Positions 19,451-28,652 of a stretch of DNA of 64,000 nucleotides are shown in pieces. The stretch is taken from IMG/VR virus record IMGVR_UViG_3300042934_000547, positions 1-64,000 of that record. One strand, 5' to 3'. Below the pieces are notes generated by a model, which saw only the letters and a list, made by a program, of their open reading frames with translations, searched no databases and had not been told where the DNA came from. Position numbers and translations under genes: made by a program. The number at the start of each line of letters is the position of its first letter. The first letter of the stretch is position 1.

Positions 19451-19972
19451 ATGAATACAGAATTATTTTTCAGTAGTAACGATCAAACTTGGGCTACTCC
19501 TATAGATTTCTTTCTACGTTTAGATAATGAATTTGATTTTACTTTAGATCCTTGTTGTACTAAAGAGACAGCAAAATGTAGTACATATTTTACTCCAGAG
19601 ACAGATGGATTACATCAATCATGGGACGGTCATTCAGTGTTTATGAATCCACCGTATGGCGATGAAATTAAATACTGGATCGAGAAAGCATATGTCGAAA
19701 GTAATAATAATAATGCCCAAGTGGTTTGTTTAATACCCTCACGCACAGATACTAAATACTGGCATGATTATTGTATGAAAGCAGATGAAATAAGATTCAT
19801 TAAAGGACGATTAAAGTTCGGTAATAGTAACTCAGCAGCCCCATTTCCAAGTGCTGTGGTTATATTTAATAATTCTAATAATGTTCCAAAGATCGCATAT
19901 ATGAATAACAAACCTGAGTTAATCGGTCAACCTATAGATAGATCATTAACTCCTATAATTCGTAAAAAATAA
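19451..19972 (+). CDS. Phage DNA N6-adenine methyltransferase (phage Dam family)
   Basis: W.TP..FF..L..EF.F.LDPC, VFMNPPYG, VVCLIPSRTDTKYWH, IRFIKGRLKF. Confidence 0.9.
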   Translation: MNTELFFSSNDQTWATPIDFFLRLDNEFDFTLDPCCTKETAKCSTYFTPETDGLHQSWDGHSVFMNPPYGDEIKYWIEKAYVESNNNNAQVVCLIPSRTDTKYWHDYCMKADEIRFIKGRLKFGNSNSAAPFPSAVVIFNNSNNVPKIAYMNNKPELIGQPIDRSLTPIIRKK

Positions 19973-19991
19973 TGAATGTGAGGATAATTGT

Positions 19992-20279
19992 ATGGATATA
20001 AAATTTATATGTAAAGAATGTGGACGAGAGATTAAAGAGAAAAGTAATTTCTGTCCGCATTGTGGAAAAGAATTGGAAATGGTTGAAACGACATACAAGA
20101 TATCAGTCGAAATTGTTTTTACTGAGAAACCTAAAAACTGTTGTGGATGTAGATTTAGTAAAGATGAAATTGATGGATATTGTCTATTAAATCCAGATAT
20201 TATATTTAAGAACTATCATAAAAATAAATACTATGGTTTTTATGGTGATAAAAATGAAAAATGTCCAATAATATTATAA
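19992..20279 (+). CDS. Zinc-ribbon protein
   Basis: CKECG...FCPHCG plus a second Cys cluster. Confidence 0.65.
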   Translation: MDIKFICKECGREIKEKSNFCPHCGKELEMVETTYKISVEIVFTEKPKNCCGCRFSKDEIDGYCLLNPDIIFKNYHKNKYYGFYGDKNEKCPIIL

Positions 20280-20300
20280 TAATTCAAATAAAAAAAAATA

Positions 20301-20624
20301 ATGGAGGAAGATATGAAACGACATGAAAATTTATTTCTGACTGTAATGGAAGAATGTGATGAAGTTTCACAGGCGGTATCTAAATCTTTAAGATTTGGAT
20401 TGGATAATCACCATCCAGAATCAGATACAACAAATGCATATGATATTATGAAAGAATATTATCAGTTAACTGCATTAATTACATATTTACAAAAGGTTGA
20501 TTATTTACCTATTTTAGATGATGATAAAATAGAGAGTATCATGGAAGATAAAATGAAAAATGTATTTAAATACCAAGAAGTATCATTTAAAGAGGGAACT
20601 TTAGATAGTATTAAAAATTACTAA
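20301..20624 (+). CDS. MazG-like nucleotide pyrophosphohydrolase
   Basis: MEECDEVSQAVSKSLRFG...KEYYQL all-alpha NTP-PPase pattern. Confidence 0.65.
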   Translation: MEEDMKRHENLFLTVMEECDEVSQAVSKSLRFGLDNHHPESDTTNAYDIMKEYYQLTALITYLQKVDYLPILDDDKIESIMEDKMKNVFKYQEVSFKEGTLDSIKNY

Positions 20625-20632
20625 AAAATATG

Positions 20633-20658
20633 GAGAGTAGGTTTATAAACCTACTCTC
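20633..20658. terminator. Bidirectional palindromic terminator
   Basis: Perfect palindrome GAGAGTAGGTTTA/TAAACCTACTCTC between convergent genes. Confidence 0.8.
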
Positions 20659-21053
20659 ATTTTTTCATAATAAATTACTACTTGAACCCATGCCATTAAT
20701 AGCATACATATATGCATTAACTGGTCACTAACTAAATCTCCATTACCATTACATTTACGATTGTCAATTACACTATGAGCAATTGATATCAATACCAGAT
20801 GCACTAAATAATTGACAAATAGCCATTCACTTTTCATGTATAATGCATAAATTAGTATTGGTAACATGGCGACAAATGTTGTTTTAAATCCATGTAATAT
20901 CAATGCTATAATATAATCATATTTACATGTTTGGTTACTAGGTACATTCTCTTTCCACCATGATTTTTTCTTCATTTGTGAAATAATACCTTGATTAAAA
21001 TCATCTTGGATATGTAAAAATATCATAAATAACAATATAGTTCCTTTAATCAT
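20643..21053 (-). CDS. DUF3307-like membrane protein
   Basis: LHIQDDF, LILHG, HSVIDNRK and DQLMHI His/Asp motifs with hydrophobic helices; real start at ATG 21053 (GGAGG RBS). Confidence 0.7.
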   Translation of the reverse strand: MIKGTILLFMIFLHIQDDFNQGIISQMKKKSWWKENVPSNQTCKYDYIIALILHGFKTTFVAMLPILIYALYMKSEWLFVNYLVHLVLISIAHSVIDNRKCNGNGDLVSDQLMHICMLLMAWVQVVIYYEKMRVGL

Positions 21054-21277
21054 TTTAAACCTCCAAAAGCAAAGCAGAAGGGGGTTACCCCTTCTACTAG
21101 AGTTGTTTATCCACCCCGATAACTTCATAAATTTATCCCCATTTGTAAACCGTCCGTTTCCTAGTATGTAATTATAGGTGATATTGTTATACATTTAAGT
21201 ATTCATCATCATCGTCCCCACTAATAATGAATCAATATCTGATAACATTTTAAACTATTCATATCTGTTATCATATC

Positions 21278-21311
21278 TATAATATATATTTATAAGAATT
21301 GAATTTTACGA
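21278..21311 (-). promoter_or_regulatory. Early-type promoter TCGTAA-N17-TATATATTATA
   Basis: Bipartite motif with 17-nt spacer. Confidence 0.65.
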
Positions 21312-21328
21312 TTGGGTATAATTAGTTG

Positions 21329-21928
21329 TTATTCGGGTGTGGATTCGTTATCATTTGATTGACGAATTATTCCGACATGACTAAGCATCTCAAACATTTC
21401 ATCATCAGTCATATCTGTTGTTTCATTCACCACAATTAGTTCCCCGCCAAATCTCACAATTATATTATCTATATAGAGTTTGATTTCTTCAGTGAATTTT
21501 TTGGTGAATATTTCAGTATCATCCTTTATAAAGGTTTCAGGGATAATCAGATATAGGGTCTTTTCATTACTCACATATATAAAATTGACTATATCACACT
21601 CATACTCATCATTATCAATTCCTATTGATATTTCAACACCAGTTTTCAAGATAATACGAGAAGTTACAACAACTGAAGATAGTTGTATATCTCGTAAATC
21701 CTCTTCTACTGGTGTTATATTATTAGTTATAGTGCCGATATCAACTATATTACGTACAGCTGTGTTGTTACCCATCGTATGATTAACACCTTCCATAAAC
21801 TTTTTAACCATACTTTCGATTATATAATTACTAGACATACCATTTTTTAAACAGAATGTATTGAATTCTTTTGCTACGTCATTATCAATATTTGTCTTAA
21901 TATTGAATTTTCTTTCTAGGTCCTTCAT
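21329..21928 (-). CDS. Protein with N-terminal ribbon-helix-helix-like DNA-binding domain
   Basis: FNIKTNIDNDVAKEFNTFCLKNGMSSNYIIESMVKKFM pattern; AAGGAG RBS. Confidence 0.5.
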   Translation of the reverse strand: MKDLERKFNIKTNIDNDVAKEFNTFCLKNGMSSNYIIESMVKKFMEGVNHTMGNNTAVRNIVDIGTITNNITPVEEDLRDIQLSSVVVTSRIILKTGVEISIGIDNDEYECDIVNFIYVSNEKTLYLIIPETFIKDDTEIFTKKFTEEIKLYIDNIIVRFGGELIVVNETTDMTDDEMFEMLSHVGIIRQSNDNESTPE

Positions 21929-21939
21929 TGCTATCTCCT

Positions 21940-22977
21940 TTATTGTAACATTTGTTTTACTAAATGAGTCACACCCTTTACCGTATCATCAGATACAATA
22001 GTATTGTAATGGTTAAATGGTGTAGTTGTGTAATACTCACCGAAATTAAAGTCATCTGGTAGAGCCTTAATACATCTAGTGAAATCATTTATGATATCTG
22101 TTCTCAATCTTGTGTAAGTGGATTTGTTATACTTACTAAGCATAGTTATCCTACTATTTAATTTCTTATCAACTAAATGATTCATATAGTGTAGTTTAGC
22201 CGCTTCGAATTTCAATCCTTCTTGATTGTTATCCTTTAAATAGAGCATAACCAATCTATGAGTATCTCGGTACTCCTTAACTAAATCTATATTATGATTG
22301 ATAATCATATTTTTATCCTTATCAAATTCAATCATAGTTTTAGCTTCAGATAAAGGTTCTAAACTTTGTATATTACTAACTGGTATACTGTATTCATTTA
22401 TGACTGTGGAACGATATGTTCCATCTTCTTTAAGAACTTGTGGGTCTGGGATAATAGAAAAATACATCATAGTTAGAGAATTAGCGTCATTCATCATCTC
22501 ATTATATGTTTTATACCATTTCTCATTACCATTTGTGTTACTAGATGTAAAGACCATAATTGAATTCGCCATTTTACTATACTGGTCTACGATATCCTCT
22601 TTAATTTTTTCATATGCTTGATTACGCACATCACTACTACATAAAATAATAGGTGGATGTGCCTTTATAATATCACGATACGATTCTGCATAATAGACGT
22701 TCATTTCATTTAAGTCTGTGTATTTCACACATAATGGAAATGTATTGCTATTACCAGTTTCCAGAGTACCAGCAACTGTACAATCTAATAGTCTTGCTAG
22801 TCTATGAGCTTTATCTGATGCCATATCCATATTTTCAGCTATGACCCATATAGTTTTAGTACTCTTTTCTCCTCCGAGAACTATATCGCCACTATCAAGA
22901 CATTCCGATAATTGTTGAAAATATTCTCCTTGATATTTTGTTGTTTCCTGAAATATTTGTCTATTACTCTTTCTCAT
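21940..22977 (-). CDS. Hypothetical protein (possible internal virion protein)
   Basis: 345-aa ORF; the C-terminal helical domain (IEFDKD...FEAAKLHYMN...FNFGEYY) resembles jumbo-phage head-associated proteins as I recall them. Confidence 0.5.
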   Translation of the reverse strand: MRKSNRQIFQETTKYQGEYFQQLSECLDSGDIVLGGEKSTKTIWVIAENMDMASDKAHRLARLLDCTVAGTLETGNSNTFPLCVKYTDLNEMNVYYAESYRDIIKAHPPIILCSSDVRNQAYEKIKEDIVDQYSKMANSIMVFTSSNTNGNEKWYKTYNEMMNDANSLTMMYFSIIPDPQVLKEDGTYRSTVINEYSIPVSNIQSLEPLSEAKTMIEFDKDKNMIINHNIDLVKEYRDTHRLVMLYLKDNNQEGLKFEAAKLHYMNHLVDKKLNSRITMLSKYNKSTYTRLRTDIINDFTRCIKALPDDFNFGEYYTTTPFNHYNTIVSDDTVKGVTHLVKQMLQ

Positions 22978-23451
22978 TTAAAATGGTACCTCCCCAATTA
23001 GTTCTGCTGTATTCAGTCTTCTATGATAACGACGTACTGGATACGTACATCTGTTATTCAAAACTGTCATTATCTCATTATCATTTTGTTCTATGAAATA
23101 AACTAGATCATCATTTATGACTTGAGTTAAATTATCCAAAACGTAATCATCTAATATAGTGAGAACTTGATACAGTGTTTTAGAGTCTGTTACGTCTTTA
23201 TAAATATTCTGTTTAATGCTGCTAATCACACTACTTGTTATATTGTTTTTAATCATATCCATACGAGTTGTTTTTGGATCGTTTACGACGTATAATGTAT
23301 CATATAAAATCCAACTACTATCGAGAGCGACATATTGATTCAAATTAAGTGATAAACCAATTTCATTCTCCAATTTATTAAAATAATTATGGATACTTGT
23401 TACCAATACTGTACTTATTTTACTACTTAAATTAATTCTGTTATTGTTCAT
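22978..23451 (-). CDS. Hypothetical protein
   Basis: 157 aa, AAGGA RBS. Confidence 0.6.
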   Translation of the reverse strand: MNNNRINLSSKISTVLVTSIHNYFNKLENEIGLSLNLNQYVALDSSWILYDTLYVVNDPKTTRMDMIKNNITSSVISSIKQNIYKDVTDSKTLYQVLTILDDYVLDNLTQVINDDLVYFIEQNDNEIMTVLNNRCTYPVRRYHRRLNTAELIGEVPF

Positions 23452-23475
23452 GATTAATTTCCTTTCTTATTTTAT

Positions 23476-24009
23476 TCAATCAATTTCATAATCAATATTC
23501 AATAAATCACAAATCTCTGGTATATGAAGGGCGTCTGGTATCGTTACTCGACCATCATTGGATATATTGAATTCCTCAGTGAACTCAAGTCCGGGTTCCT
23601 CTGAGTATACTTCAATCGACACATTATATAGTTTGCACATATCCATTATTGTTGGTAGATATATATCAAAATTTCCAAATATTAAACAATGTTCAGCACT
23701 CCACGCACAATGAACTAGCATTTCAACTTCTTGATTGATTTCGTTATAATTATTCACTATTTCATCAAAAACTTCTTTAGCAGTTTTGAATGTAAATGAA
23801 CGTGCAAATCTTTGTCTGTATACTGGTGATTTATACTCGGGTTGTACACGAGTATAATTAATTAAATGTATACCATATCGTGATGTAGGCATATTTATTT
23901 TAAATATACCTTCTTGTTCGATTGAAACAAACCTGTTTAAAAGATTTAAACAGTTATCTCTACTACCTTTAATCTTAAGTCGTGTTTCTGTCCAATTTGG
24001 CATTATCAT
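23476..24009 (-). CDS. DUF1281/YubB-like ferredoxin-fold protein, paralog 1
   Basis: MPNWTET.LKIKG start, CAWS, YSEEPGLEF. Confidence 0.6.
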   Translation of the reverse strand: MIMPNWTETRLKIKGSRDNCLNLLNRFVSIEQEGIFKINMPTSRYGIHLINYTRVQPEYKSPVYRQRFARSFTFKTAKEVFDEIVNNYNEINQEVEMLVHCAWSAEHCLIFGNFDIYLPTIMDMCKLYNVSIEVYSEEPGLEFTEEFNISNDGRVTIPDALHIPEICDLLNIDYEID

Positions 24010-24013
24010 TCAC

Positions 24014-24670
24014 CTACTTATGATATCGTCTAACTAATCCAACATGACCGCACTCTTCGCATATTAATTTATTTAAATCAGATTCTGTTAATTCAATTTG
24101 TTCCCGATATGCTCCATAATATACGTATTCCTCACATGCTGGGCATATAACATATGAAGCCATATCATATGAACAGTCACGAGTTATATTACCATTATTA
24201 TTTACAGATAATTCTTCAACAAACCCCATGCCGGGTTCATCAGAATAAATCTCACAAGCTACATTATACAATTTACATATGTCCATTATTGACACACAGT
24301 TTAAATCAGCCGGTGGACGATCTGAAAAGATACCACCTCCCTTGAGTACTAAACATCCCTCGACACTCCATGCACAAGCCACTATTACTTCAACACATTG
24401 ATTTACTGCATCATAGGTTTCTTCTACTGCATCTCGTAATGATTTAGCAGTCTGAAATGTAAATGAACGATAAAAGAATTTTCTGAAATAGAGTTGTCTT
24501 TTTTCCATTTTTCTATCATATAATCCATTTCTACGCCATGGCATTTCTCGATAAAATATCATTGGAGTTCTCATTCCTGATTGTTCTTCAGATATAAATC
24601 TATTTAATAAATTTAAACAATCATTTTTTGATCCTTTAAGTTTTAGATACGTTTCTGTCCAGTTTGGCAT
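24014..24670 (-). CDS. DUF1281/YubB-like ferredoxin-fold protein, paralog 2, with C-terminal Zn ribbon
   Basis: MPNWTETYLKLKG, CAWS, YSDEPGMGF; CPAC...CEECGH tail. Confidence 0.6.
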   Translation of the reverse strand: MPNWTETYLKLKGSKNDCLNLLNRFISEEQSGMRTPMIFYREMPWRRNGLYDRKMEKRQLYFRKFFYRSFTFQTAKSLRDAVEETYDAVNQCVEVIVACAWSVEGCLVLKGGGIFSDRPPADLNCVSIMDICKLYNVACEIYSDEPGMGFVEELSVNNNGNITRDCSYDMASYVICPACEEYVYYGAYREQIELTESDLNKLICEECGHVGLVRRYHK

Positions 24671-24910
24671 TTAATTATCACTCCCATCTTTTGTTACCGA
24701 AAACTGGTATTCAGCAAGCATTTTTTCGTTTAATTTATGCACGATAATAGCTTGCTCAGCATTCATGATTGCTCCATAACGTGCAAATTCCCCACTTTCT
24801 TCATCTATAATGATCACATCACTAGTTACATCTAATCCTAATTTGTCAATCATTTCTTTAGTGTAATATTCTGGGTTTGTGATTATATTTACCTCTTTAA
24901 GTCTTATCAT
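24671..24910 (-). CDS. Hypothetical protein
   Basis: 79 aa, AAGGAGG RBS. Confidence 0.65.
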   Translation of the reverse strand: MIRLKEVNIITNPEYYTKEMIDKLGLDVTSDVIIIDEESGEFARYGAIMNAEQAIIVHKLNEKMLAEYQFSVTKDGSDN

Positions 24911-24937
24911 CTGTTACCTCCTTTAATAAAAATATTC

Positions 24938-24963
24938 GGGTAAGAGAAATTAATCTCTTACCC
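24938..24963 (-). terminator. Terminator
   Basis: GGGTAAGAGA-aattaa-TCTCTTACCC; near-identical copy at 25571-25596. Confidence 0.75.
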
Positions 24964-24983
24964 TATGTAGTATATGAATATAA

Positions 24984-25544
24984 TTATTTATGTACTTCCT
25001 CTTCTTCACATAATGTACAACTTGTGTTAGCCTTTTTCCATTCTTCAGAATATTCTTCATACCCATCATCAAGTCCATATTTATATCGTAAAGCATTTGT
25101 GCAACGTTCACAGCTTATAGATGCTAATATTATTGCTTCGCTTAATTTGTAATCACCACTTTTTACCATGGCTAGAACTAAATCTTCACTAAATGTGGTG
25201 TGAACTGTAAATACTGAACGGGAACCATTTCCATTCCATTTCTTATCCCATCTATGAAATAAACCTTTCTTCTTAGTTTGTGAACCACCACATACGTTAC
25301 ATTTCCTTCCAACTATACCTTCTACCCAACCATATGTAGGTACAACGTGTTTCCTCGGATGTTTACATTTATCAACATCTTCTTGATTAAGCAACTCCAC
25401 ATGGTTTGTATACAATGAGTTAGGGAATCTACTTACCTGATACAAAGCCCCTTTTGGTATTCCATCATCATCAGATGTTTCTATCATATTACCATTTGCA
25501 TCCTCATACCATAAAATTTTTAATTTGCTTTTATCGATTTTCAT
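24984..25544 (-). CDS. Cys-rich hypothetical protein (probable Zn binding)
   Basis: CKH, CNVCG, CERC and CTLC motifs; AGGAGG RBS; bracketed by twin hairpins. Confidence 0.65.
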   Translation of the reverse strand: MKIDKSKLKILWYEDANGNMIETSDDDGIPKGALYQVSRFPNSLYTNHVELLNQEDVDKCKHPRKHVVPTYGWVEGIVGRKCNVCGGSQTKKKGLFHRWDKKWNGNGSRSVFTVHTTFSEDLVLAMVKSGDYKLSEAIILASISCERCTNALRYKYGLDDGYEEYSEEWKKANTSCTLCEEEEVHK

Positions 25545-25570
25545 GATTACCTCCTAAAATAAAATTATTT

Positions 25571-25596
25571 GGGTAAGAGAACTTAATCTCTTACCC
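25571..25596 (-). terminator. Terminator
   Basis: GGGTAAGAGA-acttaa-TCTCTTACCC. Confidence 0.75.
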
Positions 25597-25606
25597 TATA
25601 TGCAAT

Positions 25607-26137
25607 TTAGAAACGTATTTCATCTAATATAGACAATACTTTTTCAAGGTCACGTCTAGTATTAGGGTGTAATATAAGTTTATTGCTTTGTTTTTCATAC
25701 CATTCAGTAGCATTACCACCAAATTTAAGTCCCATAGCTTCCCAATCGTATACCATTTCTACGATAAACTGCATTGGCATTTCTTTAGCTGACTTTTTAT
25801 CAATAAGGTAATGTTCAGGGTGATGACGATTTACCTTATAATGATGATCACATGCTGTTTGGAATATCACATCATTAGGGGTTTCATCTTTAATAGGATA
25901 AAATTTCTGCCTATATTGAGCAAATTCATTAGCCCCATATTTAGACAAATCATGAAGCTCTACATTCAGTTCAATGTCTTCCTTTATTTCATCTGAAATT
26001 GGAAATCTAGAACAGATTTCATTGTTATATTTAGCAGATACCTTTTGTACATTTGATACATGATTTCGAATATATGTTTTATATTCTGATTCTTTTTCAG
26101 CAATAAGGGCTGTATTATTTTTCAGCATAACGTCCAA
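25607..26137 (-). CDS. HD-like phosphohydrolase (DUF5662-like)
   Basis: YIRNHVSNV, LHDLSKY, HHYKVNRHHPEHY, EMVYDWEAM. Confidence 0.7.
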   Translation of the reverse strand: MDVMLKNNTALIAEKESEYKTYIRNHVSNVQKVSAKYNNEICSRFPISDEIKEDIELNVELHDLSKYGANEFAQYRQKFYPIKDETPNDVIFQTACDHHYKVNRHHPEHYLIDKKSAKEMPMQFIVEMVYDWEAMGLKFGGNATEWYEKQSNKLILHPNTRRDLEKVLSILDEIRF

Positions 26138-26963
26138 CTCCTGACAACTGTCTTGGCATCTTTAATAATTGGAAAGCTTCATCTTTAGTATAAATACCGG
26201 CAGCTTTACATTTAGGATCTTGTCTCTTATTTTCAGGACAATATCCTAATACTTTACAGTTTGGTCCAGCATTAGCAAATAAATCGGGAGCTGTATCTTT
26301 ACATAACCCCATCATTTTTGTAGCTAAATCTCTTATTTCTGTTTGTGCTTTACGACATGTTCTTATTTGGAACCAGTCGAGTAAAGCGTGAGCATTCATT
26401 CCGATTAAAGCTTTAAATTCGGTTGCTTGCGGTTTCATATATCTTAATTCTTCCTCTGGAACTCCAGCAGCCGCATGGAAATTATACCATTCTTCGATTA
26501 TTCCTAGTATCATATTAGTATCAAAGTCCACTCTACATTCAGTAATAGGACCATTAATCCAATCTTGTAACATCTTGCCGTTAACTAATATACGGTCTGG
26601 ATCTACATCCACGGTCACACTAAGGTCCTCGATAGCTTTAGGTAGAACAACATCAAACTGTCTCTTACCACCTTTATTGTTTCTACCTGATTTAATTAGA
26701 TAAGAAGCAAGTCTTTTTCTAACTAATTGTACTTCTGTTACCCTAGCAAATCCTTCAATACCAAAGACGAAATAATCAAATTCAGTAGCAGCTCTATGAT
26801 TGCTATTTAGTATATTATCAACTATCTTTTTATCATAGTCAGATGCGATTAATTCATCTAAATTTCTCTCAGTTCCTACAAATCTAGCAGCAAGGTCTGT
26901 AAATACTTTACCTCCACCAGATAATAAAACAACGTTTCCTTCTCCTACATAACTTTTATTCAT
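26115..26963 (-). CDS. thyX: Flavin-dependent thymidylate synthase (variant RKR motif)
   Basis: HRAATEF, FARVTEVQLVRKRLASYLIKSGR (ThyX RHRxxSxxxxSxR-like), RYMKPQA, AQTEIRDLA. Confidence 0.85.
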   Translation of the reverse strand: MNKSYVGEGNVVLLSGGGKVFTDLAARFVGTERNLDELIASDYDKKIVDNILNSNHRAATEFDYFVFGIEGFARVTEVQLVRKRLASYLIKSGRNNKGGKRQFDVVLPKAIEDLSVTVDVDPDRILVNGKMLQDWINGPITECRVDFDTNMILGIIEEWYNFHAAAGVPEEELRYMKPQATEFKALIGMNAHALLDWFQIRTCRKAQTEIRDLATKMMGLCKDTAPDLFANAGPNCKVLGYCPENKRQDPKCKAAGIYTKDEAFQLLKMPRQLSGVGRYAEK

Positions 26964-27117
26964 TTTTATCTCCCTTAATATTATTTTTTGATCTTTTTAT
27001 TTCCATTGCTTTTTCAAGTGCTATGTAATCGTCATCGCTATTTGGCAGCACTGACAATTTATCCCGCTCAACTTCATAGACTTCCCAAAATGATAACTCA
27101 TTATGATTATCACTCAC
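26956..27117 (-). CDS. Small hypothetical protein (53 aa, GTG start), missed by the ORF track
   Basis: VSDNHNELSFWEVYEVERDKLSVLPNSDDDYIALEKAMEIKRSKNNIKGDKNE; overlaps both neighbours, filling the gap between them. Confidence 0.45.
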   Translation of the reverse strand: MSDNHNELSFWEVYEVERDKLSVLPNSDDDYIALEKAMEIKRSKNNIKGDKNE

Positions 27118-27649
27118 GTGGCTTGTCTTCCTTTTTTATATTATTAATATTTATAACTTTTGATGTACCATCTTGGCTTGGCATAACAATAATATCAGGT
27201 ATGATACCAGCTAACCCAAATATTGATGACAAAAATGAATTTATAAGTTTATCACTATTTTCGTGTATTTCCGCACTTCCTTCACTTGATGCACATGCTC
27301 TGCAATCACATCCAGATAATTCATCCAAGTGTACTTTTTTCTTATTAATATCTTCTAAATACTTAACTTCGATGCCCTCTGATTCAGCATAAGCGATTTC
27401 AAATGACGTGTCATCCCCAATATAGCCGTGTTTATTGATGACAAATATTGCATCAGATCTTTTAATCTTTTCCATATGTATCAATTCTAGTAAATTACGC
27501 TGATCCCTATTTAGGGTTTCTCCATTATTAAAAACGCCAACAGGAAAAACAATATTACCTTCTAATGTCAATTTTTCATAAGCCTCTTGTATTTCTTTTT
27601 TAAATCTCGTACTACCACAGATAGTAATAGTCTTGTGTGTTAAACCCAT
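27110..27649 (-). CDS. Nucleoside 2-deoxyribosyltransferase-fold (DUF4406-like) protein
   Basis: ITICGSTRFK, KIKRSDAIFVINKHGYIGDDTSFEIAYAE. Confidence 0.7.
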   Translation of the reverse strand: MGLTHKTITICGSTRFKKEIQEAYEKLTLEGNIVFPVGVFNNGETLNRDQRNLLELIHMEKIKRSDAIFVINKHGYIGDDTSFEIAYAESEGIEVKYLEDINKKKVHLDELSGCDCRACASSEGSAEIHENSDKLINSFLSSIFGLAGIIPDIIVMPSQDGTSKVININNIKKEDKPRE

Positions 27650-27687
27650 TTGTCTTCCTCCTAAAAATTATTATTATTATTCAAATA

Positions 27688-27737
27688 TATAATATATATC
27701 TAAATTATAGTTTGAATATTGTTAAAACTATATTATA
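27688..27737. promoter_or_regulatory. Divergent promoters: early core (minus, 27688-27698) and late AACT-N6-TA (plus, 27726-27737)
   Basis: Motif matches facing the respective genes. Confidence 0.5.
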
Positions 27738-27762
27738 AGTATTAAATCACAAGGAGGAAGTT

Positions 27763-28611
27763 ATGTTACCATTTTATATGCCAAATGAATTGTTAGAATA
27801 TAGTGAGATATATGATAATATGCTACAAGAAGTACTATCAGAGAATCTTGGAGAAGCTTTTGAGATATGGAGGAGTGAAGTAATAAAAAATCGGGATAAT
27901 AAAGTTGAATTAGAGAAACTTGGGTGGAATTATAGATATAGCCCTATCACTGAGGAAGGTATCAATAAGTCTGAATTAGTATTTAATTCTAAGCTGAATC
28001 TTAATTATGTCTTAGTAGAAGACATAAAGGATATGGTTACGACTGAATTAACACCGGTATTCATAGTTATCACTGGTAATAACTCACTGGTTGCTAAAGG
28101 AATTAAATTTGTTACTAATTCTAAGTATAGCCATGTGAGCTTATCCTTTCACGAGAATTTAGATAGATTATATAGCTTTGGTCTTGACCTAAGTGGTAAG
28201 GTCGGATTTGCCATTGAGAATTTCCAAAAGACATTTATGAAGGATAAAAAGTTCGATCCTGATTTAAAGGTTTTTTGTGTATTAGTTCCTAAGCAACAAG
28301 CTAAACAAATGAAACTTAAACTTGATACAATACTAGCTAGAAAAGATAAACTTGGGTATTCTTATATTGGTATAATGGGATATCTATTTAATAAAAACAT
28401 CAATATATCAGATAAGATGTTTTGTAGCCAATTTGTAGATTCAATGTTTAAGTTTGTCGGAATTGATTTAACCCATAAACCATCCGGATTAGTTAGTCCT
28501 GATGATTTAAGTAATATTAAATCTGATAAAGACATGCATATATTTAAATTATTTGAAGGTAAAGCATCTGAATACGATTATAATAAATTAAAACTTAAAG
28601 CTGCTATTTAG
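27763..28611 (+). CDS. Permuted papain-like amidase (YiiX/YebB, NlpC/P60-related)
   Basis: TNSKYSHVSL (His) upstream of MFCSQFV (Cys), i.e. permuted order; VSPDDL. Confidence 0.75.
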   Translation: MLPFYMPNELLEYSEIYDNMLQEVLSENLGEAFEIWRSEVIKNRDNKVELEKLGWNYRYSPITEEGINKSELVFNSKLNLNYVLVEDIKDMVTTELTPVFIVITGNNSLVAKGIKFVTNSKYSHVSLSFHENLDRLYSFGLDLSGKVGFAIENFQKTFMKDKKFDPDLKVFCVLVPKQQAKQMKLKLDTILARKDKLGYSYIGIMGYLFNKNINISDKMFCSQFVDSMFKFVGIDLTHKPSGLVSPDDLSNIKSDKDMHIFKLFEGKASEYDYNKLKLKAAI

Positions 28612-28622
28612 AAAAAAGAATA

Positions 28623-28646
28623 AGGGTAGACTTATAAGTCTACCCT
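28623..28646. terminator. Bidirectional palindromic terminator
   Basis: Perfect palindrome AGGGTAGACTTA/TAAGTCTACCCT between convergent genes. Confidence 0.8.
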
Positions 28647-28652
28647 ATATTT

